From: a virus
DNA: 64,000 nucleotides
Strand: one strand, 5' to 3'
IMG/VR virus record: IMGVR_UViG_3300043621_000137
Span: 5,815 to 69,814 of that record
Shown: positions 45,544-54,911 of the stretch, piece after piece
Layout of the letters: every line of letters starts with the position of its first letter
How positions within the stretch are numbered: position 1 is the first letter of the stretch
Notes under the pieces: model-generated
What the model was told of the DNA's origin: nothing
What the model saw: only the letters and a program-made list of their open reading frames with translations
The model's database searches: none
Program-made: the position numbers and the translations under genes

Positions 45544-45999
45544 CTAGCGGCGGTAGGTGCCGCTGGCCTCGGCGTTGAGCGCGAAGCCCTGCGAGAAGCC
45601 GTCGCGGAAGAGCCGGCCGTCGACGTAAATCTGCACCTGGAGCGTGCTGGTCGAGGTCTGGCCGATGGCGGAGGCTTCGATGTAGAGGAACACGGTCGGG
45701 TCGGGGACTTTCATCGACGCGAAGTAGGGCACGCCGCCCGTGTAGAGGGTCGTGCCGTTGACCGCATCGGTGTGGCGGACGATGACCTGGCTGCCGCCGG
45801 CCAGGCTCGCCCCGAGCACGCGGAACTCGACCTGGCTCGTGACCGGGGTCGGGGTCGGGGTGGGCGTGGGGGTCGGCGTGACGAGCGTCGTCGGGCCGGT
45901 CGGCCCGCTATTGTTCCCGGTGTAGATGCGCGTGCAGCTCCCGGCGGCGAGGAGCCCGGTCGAGAGCAGGAGTGTGGCGGCGAACCAGCGGCGTCGCAT
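45544..45999 (-). CDS. Lipoprotein with PT linker
   Basis: MRRR + hydrophobic stretch + LAAGSC lipobox-like site; (PT)n linker; beta domain. Confidence 0.7.
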   Translation of the reverse strand: MRRRWFAATLLLSTGLLAAGSCTRIYTGNNSGPTGPTTLVTPTPTPTPTPTPVTSQVEFRVLGASLAGGSQVIVRHTDAVNGTTLYTGGVPYFASMKVPDPTVFLYIEASAIGQTSTSTLQVQIYVDGRLFRDGFSQGFALNAEASGTYRR

Positions 46000-46044
46000 G
46001 CGGGGCCTCCCTGGATGGGCGTACGGGTTATCGGGCGATCGGCG

Positions 46045-48198
46045 CTACTTCTTCGACTCGGTAATCGTCTGGCGTCCCCCCGGCTCGTCGTCTTTCGTTT
46101 CGGCCGACGGCGGCGCCTGCCCCGAGGCTTTCCGGCCGGCGGGGTTGACCGTTTGCCCGATGCCGAGCGACGACTGGGCCTGGAGCCGTTCGGTGACCGT
46201 GACCGGCACGCGCACTTCGAGGATCTGGCCGGAGGCCTGGTCCATCGTGAAGGTGCGCTGGGTCGACGGGTCGGTGTACTGCGGCAGGCCCATCGCGCCG
46301 GTCGCCATCACGCCGAGCGCGCCGGGGGTTTGCTGCACCTGCGCGAGGATCTGCTGGAAGACGTCGGCCGGCGGCGGCGAGAGCGGCGGCAGGGGGATCG
46401 CCGGCGGCGCGCCGACGTTGGGCGTCTCCAGCGTCTCGTGCAGCGACCAGAAGTCGTAGTAGCCCATCCGCGCCAGCTGCACGCGCATCATCTTCCGCTC
46501 GGTCGCATCCATCGCGAGGACGCTGTTCGGCTGCACGATAAACACAAACTGCTTGTGCATGAACTGCGCGCGCTGGTCGCGGGTCGTGAGCTGGCCATCG
46601 AGCTCGGGCGTGTAGCCGGGCGCGCCGGGGCGGAGCGAGGGGACGAACTGCTCGGGGTCGAAGTCGAACTCGTTGAGCATCTGCCCGCCCTGGCCGAGGA
46701 CTTGGACGCGCTTCGATTGGGAGAGGAACTGGAAGTAGTTGATCTTGACCATCTCGCTGAAGTCGCGCAGGAAGAGTTCGACCTGGCGGGCCTCGGAGCG
46801 GATCTCGGGCGTGAGCGCTTCGTAGTACTTCTGGATCGTGTCGGCACTGGGCATCTGGCGGAGTTGCAGGAGCGCTTGCAGGTTGGCCGTGCCCGAGAGG
46901 TCGGCGAACTTCTGCGTGAGCTTCTCCCACAGCTCGATGCCCATCTGGATGATCTGGGGGGCCGGGCCGTCTTCCTTCTTCCACGGGTCGCCAAAGCCCG
47001 GCATGACCTTCACGCGCTTGCCGGGGCGCCGCGGGTCCATCAGCTTCATCGTCGCTTCGCTGACCGCGGTGCGGTTGTAGGTGATGTCGGGGTTGGTCCA
47101 CTGGCGCATCGCCAGGCGCACGTCCTGCATCGTGTCGTTGATGGCGTCCTGGAGGGGGAGCAGGTCGTTGAAGAGTGGCACGCCGAGGAACTGCCAGGGC
47201 ACGCTCCACAATTTCAACCGGCAGAACGGGAACATCCCGTGCCAATAGGTGTTCGGCCCGTCGTAGATGATCGTGTCCTCGGTCGCGACGATCAGGCGCC
47301 CGCGGGGGTAGAGCGGCTGCTGCGGCTGCGCGAGGTACGCCCAGTTGGCCCCGGGCGTGCCCATCGCGATCGGCTTGGTGGTCAGGTTGCGCGTGCGGTC
47401 GCGGAAGTAGGCGCGGTAGATCACGATCGATCCGGCGCGCGCCCGGCGACTGGTCGCGGCCGACCCCGGCCAGGCGATGGAATCCAGCGGGTCGGCCGGC
47501 GAGATGAGCCGCGAGAGCCCGGTGCGGAAGCGGCCCATCACCTGGCCGAGGAGCGTGTCGGGCGAGGCGTGGAAGAGATGCGCCTTCGTCGGGTACATGC
47601 CGCGCAGCACGTTGACCGTATGCTCTTCGCGGAAGCAGGCGCCTTCCCAGAGCTGCGACGATCGGCCGAAGGACGGGCGGAGCGGCAGGGTATCCCGCGG
47701 GTCGCGCGCGGTCAGCTGATGCGCGCCGCCGAGGGGGGCGTGCGGATCCCAGTCGATGACCAGATCGCCCGTGCCGCCAGCGAGCGAGTACTTCACGCAG
47801 TCGCCGAGATCGAGGTCCATCATGGTCGTCATCCACTCGGCCAGGAGGTACTGGTTGAGCATGTTGGCCTGGACCTGGTACTCGGGATTGGTCTTCCAGC
47901 CGGCGACCGGCTTGAGGTCGGTGATGGCCGAGACGTGGGCCTGCATGGCCTTGCGCGTCTCGTTGATCACGACCTGCGGCAGGTACTTGTGCTTGCAGGC
48001 GTCGGCCGAGAGCTGGTTGCCGACGATGTAGTCCTGCGCCTTGCCGATGAGATCGTAGGACGGGTCCTGGCGGTTGATGAGGTCGCCCTCTTGGACCCAC
48101 TCGCGCAGCCAGCCGAGGACGCGCGGGTCGCCGTGCTGGAGCTGCTCGGCGGAGGTCCGCGGGAGGCTGAGGACGCCACTGGGAGAGAAGTCGGCCAT
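46045..48198 (-). CDS. Portal protein (P22-like)
   Basis: 717 aa, downstream of terL; helical/stem pattern (PLQDAIN, DLSG) and size typical of podoviral portals. Confidence 0.8.
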   Translation of the reverse strand: MADFSPSGVLSLPRTSAEQLQHGDPRVLGWLREWVQEGDLINRQDPSYDLIGKAQDYIVGNQLSADACKHKYLPQVVINETRKAMQAHVSAITDLKPVAGWKTNPEYQVQANMLNQYLLAEWMTTMMDLDLGDCVKYSLAGGTGDLVIDWDPHAPLGGAHQLTARDPRDTLPLRPSFGRSSQLWEGACFREEHTVNVLRGMYPTKAHLFHASPDTLLGQVMGRFRTGLSRLISPADPLDSIAWPGSAATSRRARAGSIVIYRAYFRDRTRNLTTKPIAMGTPGANWAYLAQPQQPLYPRGRLIVATEDTIIYDGPNTYWHGMFPFCRLKLWSVPWQFLGVPLFNDLLPLQDAINDTMQDVRLAMRQWTNPDITYNRTAVSEATMKLMDPRRPGKRVKVMPGFGDPWKKEDGPAPQIIQMGIELWEKLTQKFADLSGTANLQALLQLRQMPSADTIQKYYEALTPEIRSEARQVELFLRDFSEMVKINYFQFLSQSKRVQVLGQGGQMLNEFDFDPEQFVPSLRPGAPGYTPELDGQLTTRDQRAQFMHKQFVFIVQPNSVLAMDATERKMMRVQLARMGYYDFWSLHETLETPNVGAPPAIPLPPLSPPPADVFQQILAQVQQTPGALGVMATGAMGLPQYTDPSTQRTFTMDQASGQILEVRVPVTVTERLQAQSSLGIGQTVNPAGRKASGQAPPSAETKDDEPGGRQTITESKK

Positions 48199-48204
48199 AG
48201 ATGC

Positions 48205-48432
48205 CTATGTATCCTTGTCGGGGCCGCCGAGGATCTCGAAGCCCTCGACCTCGTTGATCCAGAAGTGCAGCGTCTGCCCGTTGTCGAAGTGCAGGAAGAC
48301 CTCGGCGTCCGGGGAGGCCGCGTCGCGCGCGTAGTCGCGGTCGTGCTGGGTGACGTCGACCAGGCGCGCGCCGATGAAGCCGCCGAGCAGCTCGCGGATG
48401 TTTTTGACGATCTCGGGGTCGCGGTCAGCCAT
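48205..48432 (-). CDS. Hypothetical protein
   Basis: 75-aa ORF packed in the operon. Confidence 0.65.
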   Translation of the reverse strand: MADRDPEIVKNIRELLGGFIGARLVDVTQHDRDYARDAASPDAEVFLHFDNGQTLHFWINEVEGFEILGGPDKDT

Positions 48433-48441
48433 CAGGGATAC

Positions 48442-49053
48442 CTATGCATCCCTTCTCGGGCGCCCGCGCTTGGCGTGGGGGGCCTCGGGCACGTCGGGCG
48501 CCTGCTGCGCCTCGTACCCCTCGTACCCCTCGGGCGCCTGCGGCGCCGCGTCACCCTGGGGCGTCGCGACCGGGTCGAGGCGCATGCCCGCCTCGGTCAG
48601 CGCGAACGTGAGCGTGTTGCTCAGTCCGCCCAGGCCGTTCCGCACCTGGATCGGGATCGGCATCGCGACCGACGCGGTCGCCAGGTTGACCTCGGTCGTG
48701 ACCTCGGTCGCCGACACCACGGTGGTCGGTTCGGCGCCGCCGTTCCAGAGGATGACCGCGTTCGGGACGAAGCCCTCGCCGGTCACACGGAGCGTGAAGC
48801 TCGGGTCGCCGAGCGCGGCGGTCATCGGGTCGAGCGCGGTGAGCAGGGGCGGCGGGCCCCCCGCCGCGTCGGCCGGCACCGGATCGGGCAGCGGTTGCCA
48901 GTGCGTGGGCGCGATCACCTGCGCGTCGCCGGCGACCCAGCTCTGGTGCTCGGGGCTCCAGCGGGCGACGAGCTGCCGGCCGCCCGGCGCCACGGAGACG
49001 AGGAGGTCCTGCGCGTCGGTGGGGGCGGTGTCGATTCGTTGCCAGTCAGCCAT
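48442..49053 (-). CDS. DUF551-like N-terminus fused to an IPT/TIG domain
   Basis: WQRIDTAP...PTHWQPLP followed by a TIG domain paralogous to 43505-43912. Confidence 0.75.
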   Translation of the reverse strand: MADWQRIDTAPTDAQDLLVSVAPGGRQLVARWSPEHQSWVAGDAQVIAPTHWQPLPDPVPADAAGGPPPLLTALDPMTAALGDPSFTLRVTGEGFVPNAVILWNGGAEPTTVVSATEVTTEVNLATASVAMPIPIQVRNGLGGLSNTLTFALTEAGMRLDPVATPQGDAAPQAPEGYEGYEAQQAPDVPEAPHAKRGRPRRDA

Positions 49054-49063
49054 GTTCGGTCTC

Positions 49064-49549
49064 CTATCGGATGAGCGCATCGAGCGCGGAGGGGGTGGCG
49101 TCGCTGACGCCGGGGCCGTACTCGGCCGCCTCGGCGACGCCCGTGCCTTTGCGGAGCTGGGCGCCATGCTTTTTGACGAACGCCGGGTCGGGCGCTTCGC
49201 CGCCGTGCCAGGTCGGGTGGAGCGCGTGGACGTCGCGGTTCGAACGGTCGTTGCTGTAGTGGCGCCAGACGAGCGGCTGGCCTTCGCCGTTGCGGTACTG
49301 CTGCTCGCTTTCGCGCTCGACCTGGCGGAGCTTGGCGAGCGAGTCGATCGTGACGCGGGTGTTTTGCCCATCGCGAGCCTCAAACCGCTGAAAGGGTTCG
49401 TACGCATCCATCCGACCGACCTGCGGGATCCAGGCGGCGGGGCGGTCGCAATGGAGCGGGGCGCCCTTCATCGCGCCGATGTCGATCGGCACGTTCACAT
49501 CGAGGAGCACCTCGCCGCAGACCTGACACCAGAAGTCATGAAGACTCAG
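49064..49549 (-). CDS. FmdB-like zinc-ribbon protein (apparent CTG start)
   Basis: LHDFWCQVCGE...LHCD; no in-frame ATG/GTG just before the CxxC. Confidence 0.7.
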   Translation of the reverse strand: MSLHDFWCQVCGEVLLDVNVPIDIGAMKGAPLHCDRPAAWIPQVGRMDAYEPFQRFEARDGQNTRVTIDSLAKLRQVERESEQQYRNGEGQPLVWRHYSNDRSNRDVHALHPTWHGGEAPDPAFVKKHGAQLRKGTGVAEAAEYGPGVSDATPSALDALIR

Positions 49550-50061
49550 ACAGCTACCCTCTCGATCTCCTCGGCGAGCGCCAGCTCGTGCGGGCAATAG
49601 CCTCGGTTCCCTCGCGCGCAGTTGCAGTTGAAGCAGAGCACCCGGAAGCCGGGCGGGAAGTTCATGCGGATCAGCCACGCGTAGAGGTTCTGCCCCACCC
49701 GATCCCCGCCGACACGCACCCCGCTGTCCCGGCGGCGATCGTCGAGATGATCGAGCGTCAGGAACTCCAGCGTCTCCTCCCGGCAGCAGGTGCAGCACGG
49801 GGTGTTCCCGCTGTAGGCCCGCAGACAGCGCAGGCGCGTCTGCCAGCACTTCTCGCGCATCGCCTCGATGCGCGTCGCGCGGTGCTTGGCGTACTGCTGC
49901 CGCACCGTGTCGCGGCACTTCGCGAGGTAGGCCACGTCCGTTCGCCGCCGGTGCTCCATGCGGAGGCGCGTGTCCTCCATCACCTTTGCGCGCTGCGCCG
50001 GGGTGAGACGCTCGTAGCGCCGCTTCTCCCGCGCCAGCTTTTCCGGGGAACTCGTCGCCAT
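49546..50061 (-). CDS. HNH endonuclease with zinc finger
   Basis: CTCC, LTLDH, VLCFNCN..RG..GYCPH; GGAGG RBS. Confidence 0.85.
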   Translation of the reverse strand: MATSSPEKLAREKRRYERLTPAQRAKVMEDTRLRMEHRRRTDVAYLAKCRDTVRQQYAKHRATRIEAMREKCWQTRLRCLRAYSGNTPCCTCCREETLEFLTLDHLDDRRRDSGVRVGGDRVGQNLYAWLIRMNFPPGFRVLCFNCNCARGNRGYCPHELALAEEIERVAV

Positions 50062-50156
50062 CAGCGGCCTCCCCGCTCGGCCCACAGCCGCGTGGCGACA
50101 TACCCCAGCCAGGCGCACAGGAGCGCGACGATCAGAAGCACGGTCCAGTCCACCAT
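50061..50156 (-). CDS. Small TM peptide (31 aa)
   Basis: GGAGG RBS; MVDWTVLLIVALLCAWLGYVATRLWAERGGR. Confidence 0.55.
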   Translation of the reverse strand: MVDWTVLLIVALLCAWLGYVATRLWAERGGR

Positions 50157-50158
50157 CG

Positions 50159-50554
50159 CTAGCCTCCCTTGTAGAAGAGTTCCTCTTCCACCCGCGCGAC
50201 CACCGCGCGCATCTCGGCCTCGACCGTCCGCCCGCGCTTGCCGGCGCGGTGCTGGAGCTCGGCCAGCTGCCCGGGCGTGAATGGGATCCGGATGTCGCCG
50301 ATGTGCAGCGCGGCGAGCCGTTCGACGGCCGTGAGGATCGACGCGGCGGTCGGGCGTGAGCCCAAGCCGAGGGCGGTGGCGATCTGGTCGCACTCGACCG
50401 GCGTGAGCGTCAGCCCGGGCGTCGGCCAGGGGGTCAGGATCTGCATCCGCACGTCGGCGAGCAGCCCCTCCAGCGTCTCAACCGACGCCAGGCGCTCGCC
50501 CGGCGACCGGAGGGACGCGCGCGCAGACGCGGGCTCAGGCGCGGGTGCGGTCAT
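50159..50554 (-). CDS. Hypothetical protein with RHH-like C-terminus
   Basis: IRIPFTPGQLAELQHRAGKRGRTVEAEMRAVV. Confidence 0.6.
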   Translation of the reverse strand: MTAPAPEPASARASLRSPGERLASVETLEGLLADVRMQILTPWPTPGLTLTPVECDQIATALGLGSRPTAASILTAVERLAALHIGDIRIPFTPGQLAELQHRAGKRGRTVEAEMRAVVARVEEELFYKGG

Positions 50555-52826
50555 CGAAGTAGATCCCGGCCGTCTCGTCGCTGAGCTGGTAGTACTCGTC
50601 AGGGCTGGCGCGTTCTTCATGGTCAGGCTCCAGGTCGTCGGCCTCGTCGATCGTGGCCGGGCTGTTGCGGTAATCGGGGCGCACGATCTGCTGCTCCTTG
50701 GCGAGCGCGTCAAAGGCCACCTTGCGACGGCGCCGTTCGGCGACCGGCTCGACTTCGCCGCCGGCCATGCGCCAGGCGACGTAGTGGCCGATGGCGGCGG
50801 CCATGACCCCATCGTCGTGCTGGCCGCGGGCGGCCTCGGCTTCGCCGATGGTCGTCGCGGTGATGAAGTGCCGGAGCTCGCCGCGGGTGATGGGGCTGTT
50901 CAGGATGAAGTCAGGCTGGGACGTGACCGGGTCGATCGCGGTCACCGCGCCGTAGAAGCTCGCCAGGAGCAACGGGCGCGTCCGCGGGCTAGTCAGCCAG
51001 CCGATGCGGGTGGAGTACCGCCGGGCCGGCGAGGCCGCATCGGCATACTCCCAGACGTAGAAGTGACTGTAGCCCAGGTGGAGCTGCAAGGTGTCCTGGG
51101 TCGCCAGCCCGTGGTTGTTGGTTTCGATCGCCGCGAGCGCCTCGATCTGGTCGGCGTCCTGGTAGTAGCGGCCGACCGCGTCACAGACAAACGCCAAGGC
51201 CTTCGGGTCAAGCACGTTGGTCACATACTGGGCGACCTGCTCGGCCGGCTCCTCGATCGTCGGCTGGCGGATGACATCGATCACGCTGTAGTCCTGGCCC
51301 AGGCCGTCGCTCACATCGACGCCGAGGATGTAGCGGCGGGGCCCGCGGGTGCGCGGGTACTCCCAGATGGCGAGCACGCCCTGGCGGAGGTTCGGGAGCG
51401 CCGCCAGCTGCGGGGGCGTCAGCCGGCGGAAGCCATAGCCCGGCGGCACCGGCTCGGTCTCGTGCGCGATGGGCGAGCTTTTCGGTGAGAGGTGCGGCGC
51501 GAGCGGCGGCACCACGCGCTTGGCCTGGAGATCCGCCGAGGGCGTCGACGGGTCGCGGCGCAGCTGCGCGATCTCAATCGCCGGCTCGACCGCCCAGACG
51601 TCGAGCAGCTTCCGGCTGCCGGCCTGGTCGATCGCTTCGAGCTGTTCGAGCGTGAACACCGACCGGCCCGCGTACTGGAAGCACTCCAGGTCGTCGGCCG
51701 GGTATTCCTTCAGGAACTTGTAGAGCTGGCCCTTGCTCTCGTAGAAGCCGCGGGTCTTCTCGTACCAGTAGCACTGGTCGCGGGTGAGCGTGACCGTCCG
51801 GCCGGCGAACCACTTGGGGCTGTCGCGCGCGCACTTCTCGGCGTGCGCGGTCGTCGAGACTTTCGGCGTCCAGTCGACCGGGGCGGGCAGGCTGTACTTC
51901 TCGGGCTCGGCGCACCAGGGGATGAAGATATTGCGGAAGCGGCCCTCGCCCGCCCCCGAGGCCAGCCAGTGCTTGTGCCACCAGTCGCCGGCAAACTCGG
52001 CGGTCGCTTCGTAGAGGACGAGCGTGTCGGAGGCGTAGGGGATGGCAGGCAGGAGCGCCGTGTCGAGCTGCTCGGGGTTCTCCCAGGTTGGGAGCTCCGA
52101 GATGTGGACGACCGAGTAGGTCTGGCCGCGGCCGATCGAGCCCTTGCTGCCTTCGGCGCCCGAGACGGTCTGGAGCGCACCGCGGGTCGACTTGCCCCAG
52201 GCGGTTTTCAGAAACGATTGGTTGGCGAGGGAGAGCTCGCGGTTCTTGTTGAAGTAGACCTTCCCGGGCTTGAGAAACCAGGGCAGCTGGTCGTAGATCC
52301 GCACGACCATGCGGAACAGGTAGCCGGCCTGGTCCTCGACGTCTGCGCCGCTGAGCGCGCGGATGTGCGCGCGGGTGACCAGGCGATGGGCGACCAGGGC
52401 CTCGCTGAACGTCGAGACGCCCAGCTGGCGCGCCTTGAGGATGTTCAGGAGCAGCCCGTCAGGGGAGCCCGCGGCCTGGTTGGCCTGTTCGATCCGGCCG
52501 AGCTGATCGAGCACCAGCTGCTGCGACTCCCAGAAGGGGGAGAGCCGCCGCAGCCCGTGGCCTTCCATGTCGATCCAGCAGAAGCGCTCGGCGAAGTAGG
52601 GGAAGTCGAACATCACCCGCAGGCGGCTCGCGCCGATGAAGTCCTGCTCCTCCTCGACGAGCGCGCGGGTGGGCGTGCCGTGCTCGTCGGCCGCGGCCAT
52701 GACCTGGGCGGTGAGCGCGGCGCTGTCCCGCACGGAGTACCACGGGATCTGGCGGTTCGGGAACAGGTGCCCGAACTGGCGGGTCGCGACCGCCGCGCGC
52801 GCCGCAATCACGTCGGGGTGGTACAT
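50535..52826 (-). CDS. terL: Terminase large subunit
   Basis: LKARQLGVST, VHISE, YEAT, nuclease GVDVSDGLGQDYS, HDDGVMA. Confidence 0.93.
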   Translation of the reverse strand: MYHPDVIAARAAVATRQFGHLFPNRQIPWYSVRDSAALTAQVMAAADEHGTPTRALVEEEQDFIGASRLRVMFDFPYFAERFCWIDMEGHGLRRLSPFWESQQLVLDQLGRIEQANQAAGSPDGLLLNILKARQLGVSTFSEALVAHRLVTRAHIRALSGADVEDQAGYLFRMVVRIYDQLPWFLKPGKVYFNKNRELSLANQSFLKTAWGKSTRGALQTVSGAEGSKGSIGRGQTYSVVHISELPTWENPEQLDTALLPAIPYASDTLVLYEATAEFAGDWWHKHWLASGAGEGRFRNIFIPWCAEPEKYSLPAPVDWTPKVSTTAHAEKCARDSPKWFAGRTVTLTRDQCYWYEKTRGFYESKGQLYKFLKEYPADDLECFQYAGRSVFTLEQLEAIDQAGSRKLLDVWAVEPAIEIAQLRRDPSTPSADLQAKRVVPPLAPHLSPKSSPIAHETEPVPPGYGFRRLTPPQLAALPNLRQGVLAIWEYPRTRGPRRYILGVDVSDGLGQDYSVIDVIRQPTIEEPAEQVAQYVTNVLDPKALAFVCDAVGRYYQDADQIEALAAIETNNHGLATQDTLQLHLGYSHFYVWEYADAASPARRYSTRIGWLTSPRTRPLLLASFYGAVTAIDPVTSQPDFILNSPITRGELRHFITATTIGEAEAARGQHDDGVMAAAIGHYVAWRMAGGEVEPVAERRRRKVAFDALAKEQQIVRPDYRNSPATIDEADDLEPDHEERASPDEYYQLSDETAGIYFDDRTRA

Positions 52827-52829
52827 GGC

Positions 52830-53681
52830 TCAGGGCTCAGTCGACGTGGCGCGCGGGGCCTCGGGCCGGGGCGGGGCCGGGGGCACCCGCGGGGGTGGCG
52901 CGTCGCGCGCGTCGTCGTCAAACGGCAGGTCCGGCTCCTCCTCGGTCGACTCCTCGTCGTCGGCGGCGGCGGGGAGGTCCGCCGGCGGCGTCTCCCGCTC
53001 GACGTCCACATCACGGTGCCGCGGGCCCCCGAAGAGCAGGTCGCCGACCGCCTGCTGCAGCGTTTCGAGCGAGCCGGGCGCAGTGGCGCCGAGCGTGGTC
53101 TGGGCCAGGTTGTTCTGCTGCACGATGAGCCCGCCTTTCTTTTCGAGCAGGTGGCCGAGTTCGAGCGCCAGCTTTTGCCGATCCAGCTCGGGCTCGGTGA
53201 GCACATACCCGCGGCCCCCGCAGGCGGCACAGGCCCCGGCCGCCCCGGCCGCCCCGGCGCAGGTCGGGCAGACCACTCGCTGGGGCGCCGCGCGGGTCAT
53301 CACGTCGTCGACCACCGCCGGGAGCTTGCCCGCGATGAGGTGGGTGCTCTCGATGTGCGAGCGGGCGACCGCGGCCTTCCGGTAGGCCGCAAACAGATCC
53401 GCCACCGTGAGGCCGACCGTCCGGCAGAGGCGCGCCAGGCCCCACTGCGCGTACCGCGGGTCGAGGAGCAAGGTCGTCATGCGCTCGACCTCACTGCCGC
53501 TCCCGGCGACCGCGAGGGCATCGGCCAGCTTCTCGCGGCCCCCGAGCGCCTGGGCAAACAGCTCAATCGCCTCGCTATTGAGCACCGATTCGACCTCGGT
53601 GAGCACGGCGGGCTCGACGCGCGACGCCGCCGGGACCAGCGCACTGGTCGCGGTCGCGGGGCGTCCGCGGGGCCGGCTCAC
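52830..53681 (-). CDS. Terminase small subunit candidate with zinc-finger insert
   Basis: Directly upstream of terL; HTH-like segment; CPTC...CAACGGRG. Confidence 0.6.
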   Translation of the reverse strand: MSRPRGRPATATSALVPAASRVEPAVLTEVESVLNSEAIELFAQALGGREKLADALAVAGSGSEVERMTTLLLDPRYAQWGLARLCRTVGLTVADLFAAYRKAAVARSHIESTHLIAGKLPAVVDDVMTRAAPQRVVCPTCAGAAGAAGACAACGGRGYVLTEPELDRQKLALELGHLLEKKGGLIVQQNNLAQTTLGATAPGSLETLQQAVGDLLFGGPRHRDVDVERETPPADLPAAADDEESTEEEPDLPFDDDARDAPPPRVPPAPPRPEAPRATSTEP

Positions 53682-53851
53682 TTGATCACCTGGGCGCCGA
53701 GGAGCGTGTAGGCCAGCCGGCCGTCGGGCGGCCGCACGACCCCCGAGGGGGCCCGCGGGGGAATGGCCGCGGGGGGCTGCGGCTTGGCGAGTCGGTCGCG
53801 CTCACTGGTCGAGGGCGGCGCCCCCGACCGCGGGGTCTCGCGCTTCACCAT
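53678..53851 (-). CDS. Hypothetical protein
   Basis: Overlaps both neighbours. Confidence 0.45.
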   Translation of the reverse strand: MVKRETPRSGAPPSTSERDRLAKPQPPAAIPPRAPSGVVRPPDGRLAYTLLGAQVIK

Positions 53852-54207
53852 GCGCGACTCGCCCGCAGGCGCTCCAGGTCGGCCTCGCGCGCCACCAGGC
53901 GGCTGTGTAGGTCGACCGTCTTCTCGTCGGCCAGGTGAATCGCCACCTCCTCGTCGTCGGGGGTGTGGCCGGTGTCCTGCTCGGTCCGGGCGATGTAGGC
54001 GTCGGCCAGCTGCCCGTCGATCGGGTCGAAGTGGTCGACGCCCGTGTCGGCGTAGACGACCCGGCGTTCGGGGGCCGGGGCGACGGGGGCGACATGGTCG
54101 ACCAGGCGAGCGAGCAGCCCGTTCTGCGCGTGCAGCGCCTCGACCATCGCGTGGAGGTCGCGGGTGACCTTGCGGAGGACGAGGGCAGCGGCCAGGCGGC
54201 GGAACAT
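53845..54207 (-). CDS. Hypothetical protein, first late gene
   Basis: MFRRLAAALVLRKV...; follows the late promoter motif. Confidence 0.6.
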   Translation of the reverse strand: MFRRLAAALVLRKVTRDLHAMVEALHAQNGLLARLVDHVAPVAPAPERRVVYADTGVDHFDPIDGQLADAYIARTEQDTGHTPDDEEVAIHLADEKTVDLHSRLVAREADLERLRASRAW

Positions 54208-54218
54208 GCTCGCGTGCG

Positions 54219-54256
54219 AGGATGCGACGAGGCCCGCGGGAAAGTCTAGATCCCCC
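54219..54256 (-). promoter_or_regulatory. Late promoter motif, copy D
   Basis: GGGGGATC-TAGACT-N18-CATCCT. Confidence 0.55.
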
Positions 54257-54359
54257 GGCCCGAGGCGGGGCGGGGTGACCGGGGCGGTCACCGGGCCAGG
54301 GGGCCCGTGCCCCCGATCCCCATGCCCCCGATCTGGGCCGGCCGGACACGCCCGCCCCA

Positions 54360-54570
54360 CGCCCCGCTCGATTTCGCCGATTTTTCAAAAATTTATCTGA
54401 GGTCGGGCGCGTGCGCGCGCGCTCCCCCCTCCCCTAGCCTCCCGGACAATGCACCCTGCCTGCACGCTGGCGCGCTGCCCGTACCGCGCTGGCGCGCTGG
54501 CCTAGCCGCTGGCGCGCTGCTCACCTTGCGCGCTGGCGGGTAGGGCTGGCGACTGGCGCGCACGTCGGCA
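54360..54570. repeat. Non-coding divergence region with an A/T tract and CGCTGGCGCGCTG repeats; packaging-site candidate
   Basis: GATTTTTCAAAAATTTAT; three exact copies plus partial copies of the repeat; upstream of the terminase operon. Confidence 0.5.
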
Positions 54571-54783
54571 AGGGCGGATCGGGGGCTCAGTTGGAAGGTT
54601 ACGCGGCACGGCTGGCCCGTGGACGGGCTAACCGCTGGCCCTAGCACGGGTTAGCGGATCGGACTACATGATCCCCAAGTAGGCAGTCTTCCAACCGGGA
54701 GCACCCGCAGCGGGGCAAGGCTAGCCGCTAGCGGGCAAGATGTGACGATTATGTGACAAGCTAGTGTATGCTGTCTTTAGATG

Positions 54784-54813
54784 TTGACAGCTACTAGGCG
54801 CTTGCCTCATAGT
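54784..54813 (+). promoter_or_regulatory. Sigma70-like early promoter
   Basis: TTGACA-N18-CATAGT. Confidence 0.55.
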
Positions 54814-54911
54814 TGACATTCCCCCGCATGGTGCGGGGGCGGCGGCGATTCTCTAGGGGCTGAGCCCCCCTGCTATCCGCGCCACACACAACCGAAAGGC
54901 ACGATCGCATC

